From Felis catus (taxonomy: Eukaryota): DNA of 64,000 bases. The notes beneath the pieces are model-generated. The model searched no databases and had not been told where the DNA came from. It was given only the letters and a program-made list of their open reading frames with translations. The translations under genes and the position numbers were made by a program. Below, in pieces: positions 1 to 13,300 of this stretch. The first letter of the stretch is position 1. The number at the start of each line of letters is the position of its first letter. The stretch is taken from the NCBI RefSeq assembly GCF_018350175.1, contig NC_058368.1, forward strand, positions 222,582,001 to 222,646,000, in the 5' to 3' direction.

Positions 1-699
1 AATTATGCTATTGGAATACAAAACATAAAACAATCTTAAAATTATAGTAAATACTTTAAAACCTATGTATTTGATAGATATTTTAATTCAACACATTTCA
101 TGCTGAATCTACTTCCAATTAATAGAAAACCTTAGGCAATCACGGTATCTTTCCTCTCTTATATTCTTCCAAAAACCAGTGTTGTTGGCTGTAGCTATTA
201 AAAATAAATAAAATTTCAAATCCCTCTCACTAAGCCAACTGTCCTTGTCTTATTGTACATCTTTAATCTTCTTTTTTTTTTTTTTTTGCCTAGAAAGCAG
301 GCAAAATTTCTGAATAGATGTTCTTTTCTAGAGCATTCCCAGGACCCAGTTATTCCCTTCGACTTTTATTAAGATAAGTTTCTAAAATGCAAATCTAGTC
401 ACTCTTATATTCTTCGCTGATAATTCTCCTTAGGTGTTACAGTCATATAAATGTACTTTATTATATAATATGTGAACGTATCAAAGAAAATAATTATTAT
501 AAAGACTACACTATTTCATAAATCCATTCATCACCCTTAGTAATGTTCTAAATATATCCTGTCATTAGTTTATTTTCTTTGCATATATTTATGTAAATAC
601 TGGCGTAATCCTAAATCAACTACAAAGGGCTACGCTAGTTTAGCATCATTACATGCATGAGCTCTTTTGGCTGCCAAACAATTGGAGGTGAAATTTTTC

Positions 700-936
700 T
701 TTTTTTTTTTTTAATTCTTTTTCTTTTTTTTTTAATGTTTATTTATTTTTGAGAGAGACAGAGACAGAATGTGAGTGGGTTAGGGGCAGAGAGAGAGGGA
801 GACACAGAAGCAGAAGCAGGCTCCAGGCTCTGAGCTGTCAGCACAGAGCCCTACGTGGGGCTCGAACTCACAAGCTGTGAGATCATGACCTGAGCCGAAG
901 TTGGACGCTCAACCGACTAAGCCACCCAGGCGCCCC
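700..936 (-). mobile_element. Can-SINE (SINEC_Fc-type)
   Basis: Reverse GGGGCGCCTGGGTGGCT head, (CT)n region and A tail; 16-bp TSD ggaggtgaaatttttc at 684 and 938. Confidence 0.97.
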
Positions 937-962
937 AGGAGGTGAAATTTTTCATTCTTCCT

Positions 963-1091
963 GGGGCATCTGGATGGCTCATTCAGTTAAGTGTCCTACT
1001 CTTGATTTGGGCTCAGGTCATGATCTCAGCGTTCATGTGATTGAGCCCCGCATTCATGAGTTTCCCTCTCTCTCTGCCCCTCTCCTGCTCA

Positions 1092-1137
<46 letters not shown>

Positions 1138-1158
1138 AAAAATAAATACATTAAAAAA
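963..1158 (+). mobile_element. Can-SINE with internal deletion
   Basis: ggggcatctggatggctcattcagttaag head, (CT)n, aataaa and A tail; central gggctctgtgctgacagc segment missing. Confidence 0.93.
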
Positions 1159-3334
1159 TTCATTCTCCCAATTTCATAACCTATATATCGAAATTCACTA
1201 AAATAATTTTACTATTCTACATATAATAGTAACCTGTATTAGTGCCTCAGGAACCTAATATTCTCTGTCAGAAGCATAAATTTTAAATAGTATATAATAC
1301 ACCAATAAACCTGATCCCAGAATATATATGCCACTGTATTAATATGCTTCCTGCATTTATTAATTAATAGCATACCAAAAGTGTTAAAAATATTTGATAC
1401 ACTAAGCCATGCCATTAGAGGTAGTCAATATTCTATAAGCAATACACAATGAGATATGAGAATGAAATCAATATTCTTAGAGCTAATTCAAATAAAAATT
1501 ATGAAAATGAGCCCTTTTATTTATAATTCAAAACTAGATCATGTATTATAAATATCAATTAGATATAAGGGGTAAAATAAAATTAAAAAATTGATGATCT
1601 GTTAAAATTAAATTAAGTTCAAACAATTAGCTACTGCTGATCAGTTTTCAAAACACATAAACTATCTTAAAGAAGGAATGCAAGACAAATAGATTAACTT
1701 AAATAATATACTCATCAAGTGAAAGACTGAGACTCTTGTCCTAAAGCCAAATTTTTAAGAGTTTTAAACTACTTTTATCTTAATTCAAGGACTTGAAGAT
1801 TTGTATTAATCCTAAACTAATGTAAGATATAATGGTGTGTAAGATATATATTTAATAAATTTTTATATTTATTTAATATAAGTTTTATAAAATATATTTG
1901 TAAAAGGCAATAATTAAATGATTAACAATCAATCTTACAATCCACTCTAAAGGTTTTAAAATGAGAAGAAAGTCATTGAACAGATTTTCGTTTGGTTGCA
2001 ATATTTGAATTTGGGAAATAAATATTAATAGGATTTATTTTTTCCATGGTTTCTTTTCATTTATTTATTTTTGGAATGCAATCACAATTATATATTTCAA
2101 GTTGAAACTTTACCAACTACACTACATTATTCTAATACCCACATTACTTTTTAAGATTTAGTGATGCCAGGGAATTGGCCATTGCTAATTAGATATATGT
2201 TCAAATTTGATCATTCCCATTCAAAACTCTGGTAACTCAACATTTACCTATAAATTAAACTTACCTGGTTACATTTCTTTGCACCATTGAATTAATTTCA
2301 AGCATTAAAATACTAATATTAACATCTGATATATATTGCTTTAAATTTGCAAAGCTTTTGAGTTTCAAAGTTATCCATTGACATAAAATTATAAGTGATT
2401 ATTAATATATATTCTAAAAAATTGTATAGGTTACCCAGACACTATACATCCATTAACTGACCAAGCAAAAATGTCATAAACTTCAATAAGGTGACATCAC
2501 TGAACAAATAAAACATCTTATGGAATAAATACTGTGTGCTATAGACAGCCATATAATCCTCCACAAACCAGAATATCATTGGCTTGGAGATCATCAAATT
2601 GATCACCAAACTGAGCTTGGTTATTTTAATTCCATCAAACAGTGATTTGCATTTTTACTTTTGTATTAATAGCATACTTTTGAACAAAATACTTGATTTG
2701 GTATTTGTAAAATGCCTTCAATTAATTTTAGATATTAAATATGAAATGATTTCTGGGAAAATGGTGAAAAGAACTTGATTCCATTCCATTCCACTGTCTT
2801 CTAAGATCTATCACTCTCTAAGTCCAACGGATGTGAGGCATATGGGAGGTTTACTGTAAAGCAGTCTTTGTTCTAAGGATCTCAAATGGTCACATGAATT
2901 TCTGGAGAAGAGTTTAAGAGAGACCAGATGGGAGAATCAGGAAGTGGAAGAATCTATAAGACATTTATCTGAAGAGACCTATGTTCTCAAGTAGGTGAGT
3001 GAGTGTATAGGCTCTATATTAGTATGTCCAATCTCCTACATCTCAAAATCACCAAACAAATGACCAACACCATGAACAAATGTTTTTATTTTTACTGCTC
3101 TCTGAGGCTGAGACCTACAAATGGAAAAAAAATTCCTCCAGGTACATCAACAATGATCTGATACCCTGCTTCTTTGGCAATACTTGTTCTCTGGAAGAAA
3201 GATAATTTACCTTTAATTACTTAAAGAACTGTGACCACAAAGGGAGCTAGTTTTAAACTTTGCCAAATGGTGGCGTTACCTAAAGAGTTAGACATATGTA
3301 TATTCCCATTTCCTCTCACCACTCCATCCCAGGT

Positions 3335-3435
3335 CTTGGAAATTCCAATTTAGTAGGTATAAAAAGCCTAGACATTGGAATTTTTAAAAAAATCTCCCCA
3401 GTTGATTCTAATATGGAGTAAATTGAAATTCATGG
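3335..3435. mobile_element. MER5-like hAT-Charlie fragment
   Basis: tttaaaaaatctccccagttgattctaatatg resembles the recalled MER5 consensus. Confidence 0.5.
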
Positions 3436-5087
3436 GGGTGTAGGGGCATATGCCAAAAACCACACCTAAGGCCATTTGAGCTGATATAGAAACAAATAAT
3501 AATAACCTCCAACATGAGCAAATCACTTTGAGAGGGGGTGATAGATCAATCATAGGAAATAACACGCATATTCAGGGAAAAGTAGTTCTCAGAGAAGGAA
3601 ATTACAAATCAAATAGGGAAAAAAAGAATAAATGAAAGGTTATTATTTAAGAAATTTCAATTGTTCCAAATTTTTTTTGAATATTTACCAATTAAGCCAT
3701 TCAAGAGACTTTTATGTGACCATTGTGTAAGTGATAATCAGTGATAATCAGAAGAAGATGATTTTCCTCATTTTCCTCTATAATTCACTTTTTGCTTAAG
3801 CACATCAAATAGGTTTCGGTTACTTGAAAGGCAATCAATCATTCCCTTGAGCAGTTTGGTGGAATGAGATGGCCAGAGAAGTAAGAGAGTATGGTGCAGA
3901 AACACCCTGTGTATGAACATTTCTGCATACCCAGTGCTGCAAGAGTTGAGATGAATAGCAATGAAAACTTAAGCACAGGACCTCTGAGTGTTTGAAATGG
4001 CCTAGTTGAAGTTCAAGGATATAAAAGTAATGAGATTTTTGTTTTTGTTTTTGTTTTTGGAAATTTAGCAGTTAAGAGGCACAAAGAATGAAATTAGAGA
4101 AAATGAGGGTGTTATTTTACCAGCGTAAGATCCATCTTAGGCTAGTTTTGAAGGTGATTTTGAAAGCTTGTCAGCTCTAAATATGTATTCAAAGATGGAG
4201 CCTAAAGGCATAGGGCAGAACAAAGAACCCAGTAGTTGTTTATTCTTGTCTTCGACAAAAAAAAAAAAAAAAAAAAAAAATTGAATTACAAACATCAGTG
4301 ACAGAATCAAGTCATAAATTGGTATTCAACCTGCCTTCAGTTGGTAAGGGGCTTTAGATTTCTGTCTGTGGACATTTTAGATAAAAAGTAATTTCTGAGT
4401 TTTAATGATCCTCATATATTCCAAATTCTGTCGATCTGATCTAACCACGGAATCATGAAGCATTAGATATTTCGAATTAATGCATATTTTCACTGATCAT
4501 TTTATGTACTGTAAGATGAACTTTCTACTTAGGATCTTTATCAGGAAAGAAAAGGTAGTGAATTTAAAATTCTTGGCATATGTATTCGGTTTCACCCCTC
4601 AGAAATACTAAACATTAATATTGAGGGTGCACGCTGTTTATTAAACAGTGTAGGAAAAAAAACAAATCACTGAACTACAAATTGGCCCTTTCCTAAGGGT
4701 AAGATAATGCAGATAATTCAATTGTTTTGCTCTACTATTCACTTTTTTTTTTTGCAACACAAATATAATTAGAGTGAGAAATACCGCAGATTTCTCAAAT
4801 AATTTCTTATTCTAAAAAATAGCCTATATGTTCTTTTAAGTAAAATCATGGAAACTTCCAGTTAATACCTTGCAGAAGCATACTGGTTTCTATATTCTCC
4901 TAAAAAAAAGTATTCCAAAATTAACTCCCTTTACAATAATAGGATAAAGACAGTCCACATGACTTTAGATTTAGAAAGATGATTATTTTACACTTAGGCT
5001 ATAATCAACCTCTTCATACATGGACATTTTTTCAGCAACTTATTTTACTTAGGAAACGGTAATTATTTATGTCTTAAAAACTGATAC

Positions 5088-6405
5088 TGTAGTCATCAAG
5101 GCAATATGGTACTGGAACAAAAACAGACACATAGATCAATGGAACAGAGTAGGAACCCCAAAAAGAGACCCACAATTATATGGCCAATATATAATCTTCG
5201 ACAAAGCAGGAAAGAATATCCAATGGAAAAAAGACAATATCTTCAATAAAAAGTGTTGCAGACGAATGAAACTGAACCACTTTCTTACACCATACACAAA
5301 AATAAATTCTAAATGGAGGAAAGACCTAAATGTGAGACAGAAAACCATCAAAATCCTAGAGGAGCATACAGGCAGCAAATTCTTTGACATCTGCCATACC
5401 AACTTCTTACTAGACACATCCGGGAGGCTAGGGAAACAAAAACAGAAATGAACTATTGGGACTTCATTAAGATGAAAAGCTTCTGCACAGGTAATGAAAC
5501 AATCAACAAAAATAAAAGGCAACCCACGGCATGGGAGAAGGTATTTGCAAATGACATATCTGATAAAAGGTTAGTATGCAAAATCTATAACAACTTTTCA
5601 AACTCAGCACACAAAAACAAATAACACAGTTAAGAAATGAGCAAAATACATGAATAGACATTTTTACAAAGTAGACATACAAATGGCTAACAGATACATG
5701 AAAAGATCATCAAGGAAATACAAATCAAAATTACAATAAGATATCTCACACATGTCACAATGACTAAAATTAACAATGCAGGAAATAACAAATGTTGGTG
5801 AGGATGCGTAGAAAGGAGAACTCTTTTTCACTGTTGATGGGAATGCAAATTAGTGCAACCACTCTGGAAAACAGTATGGAGTGTCCTCAAAAAGTTAAAA
5901 ATAAAACTAATGAAAAGATACAAAGATACCAATTTGAAGGGGCACATGCACCCTGATGTTTATAGCAGCATTAACAAATAGCCAAATTATGGAAAGAACC
6001 CAAATGTCTATTGACTGATGAATAGGCAAAGAAGATGTGGTATGTATATAATGGAGTATGACTCAGCCATCAAAAAGAATGAATTTTGCCATTTGCAATT
6101 AGGTGGATGAGCTAGAGACTATTAGCAAAATAAGTCAGTCAGAGAAAGAAAAATACCATGATTTCACTCATATGTGGAATTTAAGAAACAAAATAAATAA
6201 ACATAGGGGACAGGAAGAAAAAAGGAGGCAAACCTAAGAGACTGTTAACTATAGAAAACAAACAGGTTTGCTGGAGGGGAGGGGTAGCGGGATGGGCTAA
6301 ACGGGTGATGGGTATTAAGGATGACACTTGTTGTGATGAGTAGTGGATGTTACATGTAATTGATGATTCTCTGAATTCTCTTCCTGAAACCAAAAGGAAA
6401 AAAAA
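5088..6405 (+). mobile_element. 5'-truncated carnivore LINE-1 (decayed ORF2 C-terminus and 3' UTR)
   Basis: ORF2-like peptide [24 protein letters not shown]; carnivore L1 3' UTR; probable TSD aaaaac(t/a)gatac. Confidence 0.96.
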
Positions 6406-6779
6406 ACAGATACAAAATCAATATTTCTAAATAAATCATGCTATTTCTCTTCCATAGTATTCAATGGTGAATATTCACTAACAGAGTCAAAAGGTACCTT
6501 GTAATCTTATATCTTATAAAACATGGTCAATGTGCTCTGTACTTTTCCCTCTTTTTCCATGTTGGAGGAAGGCGGTGCTTCTCTTTACCATAAGAAAATA
6601 AAGGTTTCTGTTTTGTTTTTAAGGAAATCCCTAGTAATGAAACATAAGTTTTCTGGAATTTGGAAGACCCTAGGTCAAAGAAGCATATATGAGTAACAGA
6701 GGCTAAAACCAAGACCTAAGGGACTAATAGCTGGCAGCCTGACATAATGTTTCATGACAGATTCTGCAGGCAGATTTTC

Positions 6780-6975
6780 AAGGGCTTGAACTCTGACTCT
6801 GCCACTTACTAGGCCTGTGATGTCAGGCAAGCTACCCAAACTTTTAGTGCTCTGTATTTTGTTTTTTATCTGTATAATGGAAGTTATATAGAACTATTTC
6901 ATATTGCCATTATGAGTACTAAGTGAGTTGATATTTCCAAAGTAATTAGAATACGTAATCACTATTAAGTATACA
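6780..6975 (+). mobile_element. MIR SINE remnant
   Basis: ctctgccacttactaggcctgtgatgtcaggcaagctac...tatctgtataatgg MIR core. Confidence 0.75.
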
Positions 6976-7956
6976 CTCAATATATAATAAAAGGTAGCTA
7001 CTCTTTCAAGTTATTATTTTTTCTCACATCTGCCTCTGTATATTCTTGTCTGTTTTTTTTTTTTTTTTCTATATACTTCGGCTTTGTCTGCTTTTTTAGT
7101 ATGTTTTGGCCACATATAACCATGCCAGCATTCAATAAAGACAGATCAATATCACTTTGGGGATATTGACTAGTTTGAAATCTAAGGTAATGATATTTCT
7201 ATTGGACAGACTTACATCAAAGATCTAATAGTGGTCTCATCAGCTGTAGACAATGTACATACTCTACTACTTTTTTTTCTAAAATTTTACTGAAGTAAAC
7301 GAAGGACTATCATAAATTAGAAAGAAGCAAAAACAATATACAACAAGCAAGTTTCTAACAACATATGCTCACTTTATAAAATAAGCAATTGACTAGGTGT
7401 ATTTAATTTTATGCCTTGAAGTAATGCTCTAAAATACATTGAATTTATATAATTGCATTAATAAGTAACATGCTAGTTCTTAAAATAACATTGTTCCAGA
7501 AAGCACATAACTAATACATTTTACAACACAGAGAAAATAATGAGGGCCATTCACTTGTGAATTGCAATAAATAAATGTCTCAAAGCCTAATTACTGGAAA
7601 ATTACAGTAAAAACACTCTGTATATACATACATATCACTGTCATCAAGTGGCTTGCCAAATCATTCACAACAAATTAGGTCTATAAAGATGAAATTAATC
7701 TAACTGGCATTCATAAATCAAAAGAAAGAATGACAAAAATTCAAGATAACAAATGACACAGTACAAATGATGTCTTTACACTGATAATGAAGACTTTTCC
7801 CTAAAAATTGGAAGCTAACCACAAGCAGGTGTTCATGCAGGACAGCACCTTGGAAACGCTGCCAAGTTGTGTGTCTCAGCCAGCCATCTTTTATACGGAT
7901 TGATTTACAGTCAATCTTCACCGTTTGTGAGTTCCCTATTTGCAAAAATTTATTTC

Positions 7957-8174
7957 TTTTTTTTTAGTTTATTTATTTTGAGAGAGAGAGAGAGAAAGCA
8001 TGAGCTGGGGAGAAGGAGAGAGAGAGAGAGAGAGAGAGGGAGAGAAAGAATCCCAAGCAGGCTCTGCACTGTCAGCGTAGAGCCCGATGTGCTGGAACCC
8101 ACGAACCATGAGATCATGACCTGGGCAGAAATCTAGAGTCAGCCCCTTTATCGACTGAGCCACCCAGTCTCCCC
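7957..8174 (-). mobile_element. Can-SINE inserted in the Tigger relic
   Basis: tttatttattttgagagag...gatcatgacctgggc...cacccag. Confidence 0.95.
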
Positions 8175-8559
8175 TAAGCCTTAAATCAATATTAATAGAC
8201 CTTTCATAGTCATTTGAGGACATACAGACAGAAACAAAAACTCGGAGTCTCTCTAAGTCCTCATTCCCAGGGAGGCAACCCTCTCTCTTCTTGTTTCAAC
8301 TCTTATGCTATAAACAAAGTGTCCTTCTTGTGATCTATTTAATGCCACTTTCCCATATTTTTCTGATTTTTATTGGTGACTTTGCTGTTTAAAATGACCC
8401 TCAAGCATACTGCTAAAGTCTTGTGTAGTTTCCCTAAGCAGAAGAAGACTGTGGTGTGCTTTATGGAGAAAAGATGTGTGTTAGATAAGATGCTTTAGGC
8501 ATTATTTACCATGCTGTTGGCTATGAACTAAATGATAATGAATCGATGACATGAAAAAG

Positions 8560-8690
8560 TAGAAGAAAGCAATAAAGCAAGAAAGGAAGAAAGGAAAGAA
8601 GGAGGAAAAAAAGAACAGAAAAGAAAAGAAAAAAGAAAAGAACTAAAGAGGGAGAGAGGGAGGGAGGAAAGAAGGAAAGAAGGAAGGAGA
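8560..8690. repeat. GA-rich low-complexity tract
   Basis: GAAA, GGAA and GGGA repeats. Confidence 0.9.
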
Positions 8691-9901
8691 TTTGCTGATC
8701 TGTATATAAGGCTGCTCTAGAAAATGCTAAAGTAGCATCTACAGTACATGATAAAGCTGTGGAAAAGATAGATTCTGGAATTTTTAAAGCAAAATTTCCA
8801 ATTTTGTGGAAAAATGTCTCTTTTAAATCACTCTTAGAGGAAAATATTTGACTCTATATTTGTGACTTCACAAAGTGATAACTAATTTAAAAAGTTTAGT
8901 GGGTCAGGAAAATGTTAGAAGAGAAAGGCTATGTTATATTATTATAAGGAAACACTGTATCCAATTAATTATTTATAAGAACTATATATTAAGTAAGGTC
9001 TCTCATAACAGAGACACACATAAACAAGTTTATATATTGATTGGTTAACAAAAATGTTGTGACCAGAGCTTGCAGGATATTTACCCTGTTTTTTACTCTA
9101 GGAACAATGGAGCAGTATTTGCTAATTCTATTTACCTTTGCCATTTCCTTTATCAGGCTACCAGCTACTATATACCTTTTAGAATTATATCCGTACCTAA
9201 ATCAAGAGGAACCATTCTACTCAAAATCGATTGCTTGATACTGGGGATTGATATCATTCTCTCCTACTTGATATTTTTATCTCCAGCCATTTCCTTTTCC
9301 ATCTGGTCCTTCTGCTCAAAAAATGTCTGCTTATTTACTTTTTGAAAATGCAGTGAGTAGAGAAAAATATTTTACCCAAGTTACTCTTTCATTCCAGAAC
9401 CTAAAATACTTATAAATTATCAGCTGATAGGATAGGATACAATTTGGGCTATTTAAAAATTGTCTTTATTATTCTATCTCTATCCCATCCAATTTTATTG
9501 CTCCCTATGTGTACATGCATATGCATTCTCTAATCAAGTGCTGTGTTTTCTTTCCTTTTGATAAGCTTCATGCCTTTTCATGTCTTGAGTTTTCTCATGT
9601 TCAAAGTATGGATTAAACTCAATAACAAGCCTTAGGGTAGAGAAGGAAAAGGGGGTGGGGGGGGCGGTGGCACGCGGGATGATAAAACCTACCAGGCTTG
9701 GTTTTATAGCCTGAAGTCAGGAAATCCAACATTCAAACACCACTTTGATTTTTCCTAAGATCTGTTATCAGTGTGGGTAAACCAAATAGGTAGAATTTAT
9801 GAATGATTTATAAACGTATGCCAGTAGTAATGTTTTTAAGAATGCATTCTATACAAAACAACCAGTTCCTGGGAATATAAGAATAGTCATCAAGAATCTA
9901 A

Positions 9902-10037
9902 GGGCACCTGGGGGGCTCAGTCCATTAAGAGACAGACTCTTGATTTCAGTTCAGGTCATGATCTCATGGTTTGTGAGTGCAAGCCCCACATCAGCCTCAG
10001 CACTGACAGCATAGAGCCTGCTTTGGATTCTCTTTCT

Positions 10038-10072
<35 letters not shown>

Positions 10073-10132
10073 CCCCTCCCCCACACTTTCTCTCTCTTTC
10101 TCTCAAAATAAATACATAAACTTAAAAAAAAA
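9902..10132 (+). mobile_element. Can-SINE
   Basis: gggcacctggggggctcag head, (CT)n, A tail; TSD aa(g/c)aatctaa. Confidence 0.95.
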
Positions 10133-10240
10133 CAATCTAAAGGAGGGAAGAGATAAAAACTTGCTGGAATTTCAATAACTTTCTCACATAGTCTAAAGTT
10201 CAGAGACGTGCTCAATTCTCTGGAGTAAAAGAGTAGCCCC

Positions 10241-10461
10241 GGGGCACCTGGGTGGCGCAGTCGGTTAAGCGTCCGACTTCAGCCAGGTCACGATCTCGCA
10301 GTCCGTGAGTTCGAGCCCCGCGTCGGGCTCTGGGCTGATGGCTCAGAGCCTGGAGCCTGTTTCCGATTCTGTGTCTCCCTCTCTCTCTGCCCCTCCCCCG
10401 TTCATGCTCTGTCTCTCTCTGTCCCAAAAATAAATAAATGTTGAAAAAAAATTTAAAAAAA
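10241..10461 (+). mobile_element. Young felid Can-SINE
   Basis: CpG-rich near-consensus body; perfect TSD aaaagagtagccc at 10227 and 10462. Confidence 0.98.
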
Positions 10462-11123
10462 AAAAGAGTAGCCCAGGCATATAGAGGGATTCAAGCCAGA
10501 ACTGAAAGGGAAGTGAGGGGCCAGGTGCTAAGTCTGAGCCTAGGTCCAGGTTCATGTAGGCCTGAACTACCAGAGGGCTATATATTCTTGATATACTTGT
10601 GTCATTCATCAGGATTGTGTCAGAAAAGGAATCTTGGGATAATAGGGAGAAGAAAACAGCAACTTCAGCTCTTGAGTTGAAAGACAAACGTTGACCTCTT
10701 CACCTCTGGTGCTTTCTCTACATAAACCACACAGCCCTTTCCTACACACACATATACACAAATTTGATATAGTATCATAAAATGTGCTTGTGGTGAAACC
10801 AATAGAAAGTGAGGAAACAATTTACATGGATTCACCAGGTGATAACCTATGTAAATATAGTCTATGTAAAGTAATGTTTTGTTTCTTTTTATTTTATGTT
10901 AATTACTTTTCCTTTTATAATCAATTGTGTTTCTTACTATTTTATAAGTATCAACGAAGAGTAAGAATTCAATTGTTCTTTAATAAATTAATACATAGGC
11001 TTGTCTTAAATTCAAGAAGTCAAACATATAGAGCTTTGTTTAAAAGCATTAAAGCTTTATAATTTTCAAACCACTTTATTTTTCAATTCTAACAAGTTTT
11101 TTTTTTTTAAATATTCATGTTCT

Positions 11124-11348
11124 AGGGCACCTGGGTGGTTCAGTCGGTTAAGCATCTGACTTTGGCTCAGGTCATGATCTCACAGTTCATGAGTTTGTGC
11201 CCCGCATCGGGCTCTGTGCTGACAGCTCAAAGCCTGGAGCCACTTCACATCTTGTGTTACCTCTCCTTCTGCCCCTGCCCTGTTCACACTCTGTCTCTCT
11301 CTCTCTTCTAAAAGAAATAAACATTAAAAAATAAAATTATAAAGAAAT
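11124..11348 (+). mobile_element. Can-SINE
   Basis: Head, body and tail present; TSD aaatattcatgttcta. Confidence 0.96.
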
Positions 11349-11619
11349 AAAATATTCATGTTCTATGCTTATGAGATTTGTAAGAATGGTAGCTTTTCTT
11401 TTCTTACCATCCATTTTTTACAAAGTCCTTAAAGTCCTATCAGAGTTAAAACCTTGCATTTTCTGGCACTCCCACAGAAAACTCTTTGGTTTTTAATACA
11501 TTAGAGAGAATGCTACAGTATTTGAATACAATGGTGGCTATCCCTCTCTTCCTTTCCCAAATTTTATGACACTAGATTATTTTGTACTGTTTAGAAATCA
11601 GCAAGGCATATTCTTATAT

Positions 11620-11735
11620 TTCATCATTAATTCATTCAACAAGTATTTATTGAGTTAGACCATATTCCAAGTATTGTCCTAGGCATCATTGAACTAAATA
11701 GACAAATATCTTTGCCCTTGTGGAGTTTTAATTCT
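11620..11735 (-). mobile_element. L2 3' end remnant
   Basis: ttcattcaacaagtatttattgag...ctttgcccttgtggagttta. Confidence 0.7.
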
Positions 11736-13088
11736 ATAAATGCTACCTGTCAGATAAAAGAGCAAACCTATATATCATTTACATATAAAAGAGCAAAACC
11801 TTATATATGCATATATATATATATACATATATATATATAAATTTCATATATAATATGGTATATTACATACACATGACAAGAAGAATGTGTGGTTTATAAT
11901 GTGCCCTAGAGATCCTGAATAAATCTTTTCTACAGTGAGAAGTACGCTTTTTCCACCCACATTTTGACTTTTATTGGCAGCTCCATAATTTATATATGAA
12001 TGAGTATAGATTTCCTCTGGATCACTTCCATTGTGTTACACATTTGGAAAAGTTTAAAATGAACTTTGCCATAGATTATATCAAATTCATGTATAAATCA
12101 TGAATAAATACTGCCTTTCTTAAATAAAATGCATGCATATATACAAATATATGCATATACATTTTGTATATGTAAACATAAGCTTACAAATATGTAATGG
12201 AAAACATTCAATGCATTAAAATAGCAATCGTTTTCAAAGCACTACTTATAAAACATGACTTTGTGCGTATTTATGTACAAATAAGAAAAATACTTAACCT
12301 GAATACACTTCAATGAGTCACACGATAATCTGCTTATTTTTAGTCCTTTCACTGAATCAAGGAATATGATTTAAATGATATGCTATGTAAGAAGAAAATA
12401 TAATCTGAAAGCTTTCTTTTAGAGTTTATTTTAAATCTTTTTTCAGCAATGGAAATCATATTTGATAATTAATACACTCAAATCTATTCTTCAGCCTCCA
12501 GTAATATAAATGCTTTTGCTGAAATGATTATTCATGTACCACTTACTGAAGCAGATGATGTGAGAAGGAAGACAGAAGATACCAAGTGAGAATTATAAGG
12601 AGGGAAACATTTTACTTATGACCAAAAAAATGGCTTTCCTTGGTCCTTATGTGGCACCTAGTATGTTTTTAATAAATGTATCTTTGAGGCTTAATCCATC
12701 AAACAATAAGTAACGGATCTATCAAAGGCTTTCCCAGAATGGGTTGTTTGAACAAGACCATTGTTCTCCTGGTATGCGTATAAAAATACAAATCAGGAAG
12801 GAGTACTTACGTTTACTTACTTTGAAGCATAATCAGTTTTACTCAATTATTTGTGATTCTAAGTATAGTGGCTTAATAGTCTCTATTATGATAATAAAAT
12901 AAAATCATAAAGGGTTAAAGTCACTTAACCCATCGAATCCCATGATTTAGAGGATTCAATTCAATCTAAAGACTGCCCCAACACCAGTTTATACTTGAAA
13001 TTCGATCCCTAAGAGTATTTTCACGTGTCATTTTATTTTCCATCTCTTCAAGTGTTAATAGTGAACAAACTTTTGATGAATTAAGAAA

Positions 13089-13300
13089 GGAAGGCCTACG
13101 TGGCTCAGTCAGGCAAGCATCCAGCTCTTGATTTCAGCTCAATTCATGATCTCACCATTTGTGAGATTGAGCCCCATGTTTGGCTCTGTACTGAATCCTG
13201 TTTGGGATTCTCTCTCCTTTTCTCTCTCTGCCTCCTTTTCTTTTGCTCTGTCTCTTTCTCTCTCAAAATAAGCAAATAAACATTAAAAAAATAAAGAAAT
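13089..13300 (+). mobile_element. Older Can-SINE
   Basis: tggctcagtcagg...ttgatttcagctc...aaataaacattaaaaa. Confidence 0.92.

Larger units (their letters stand above)
7908..9128 (+). mobile_element. TcMar-Tigger relic (MER82/Tigger6-like), interrupted by a SINE and a GA-rich tract
   Basis: TA followed by cagtcaatcttca terminus; gctgtttaaaatgacc...gtgtgttagataag and ggaacaatggagcagtatttgctaattc match the recalled MER82 consensus; 8690-8920 resembles decayed transposase. Confidence 0.8.

Noticed and set aside
5136..5522. 128-aa minus ORF and 61-aa plus ORF
   Set aside because: Antisense and sense readings of a decayed L1 ORF2, not a host gene.
10212..10687. ORFs containing MGQRETEHERGRGRERG (also at 13822 and 35842)
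   Set aside because: Recurrent translation of the antisense Can-SINE consensus, not a gene family.
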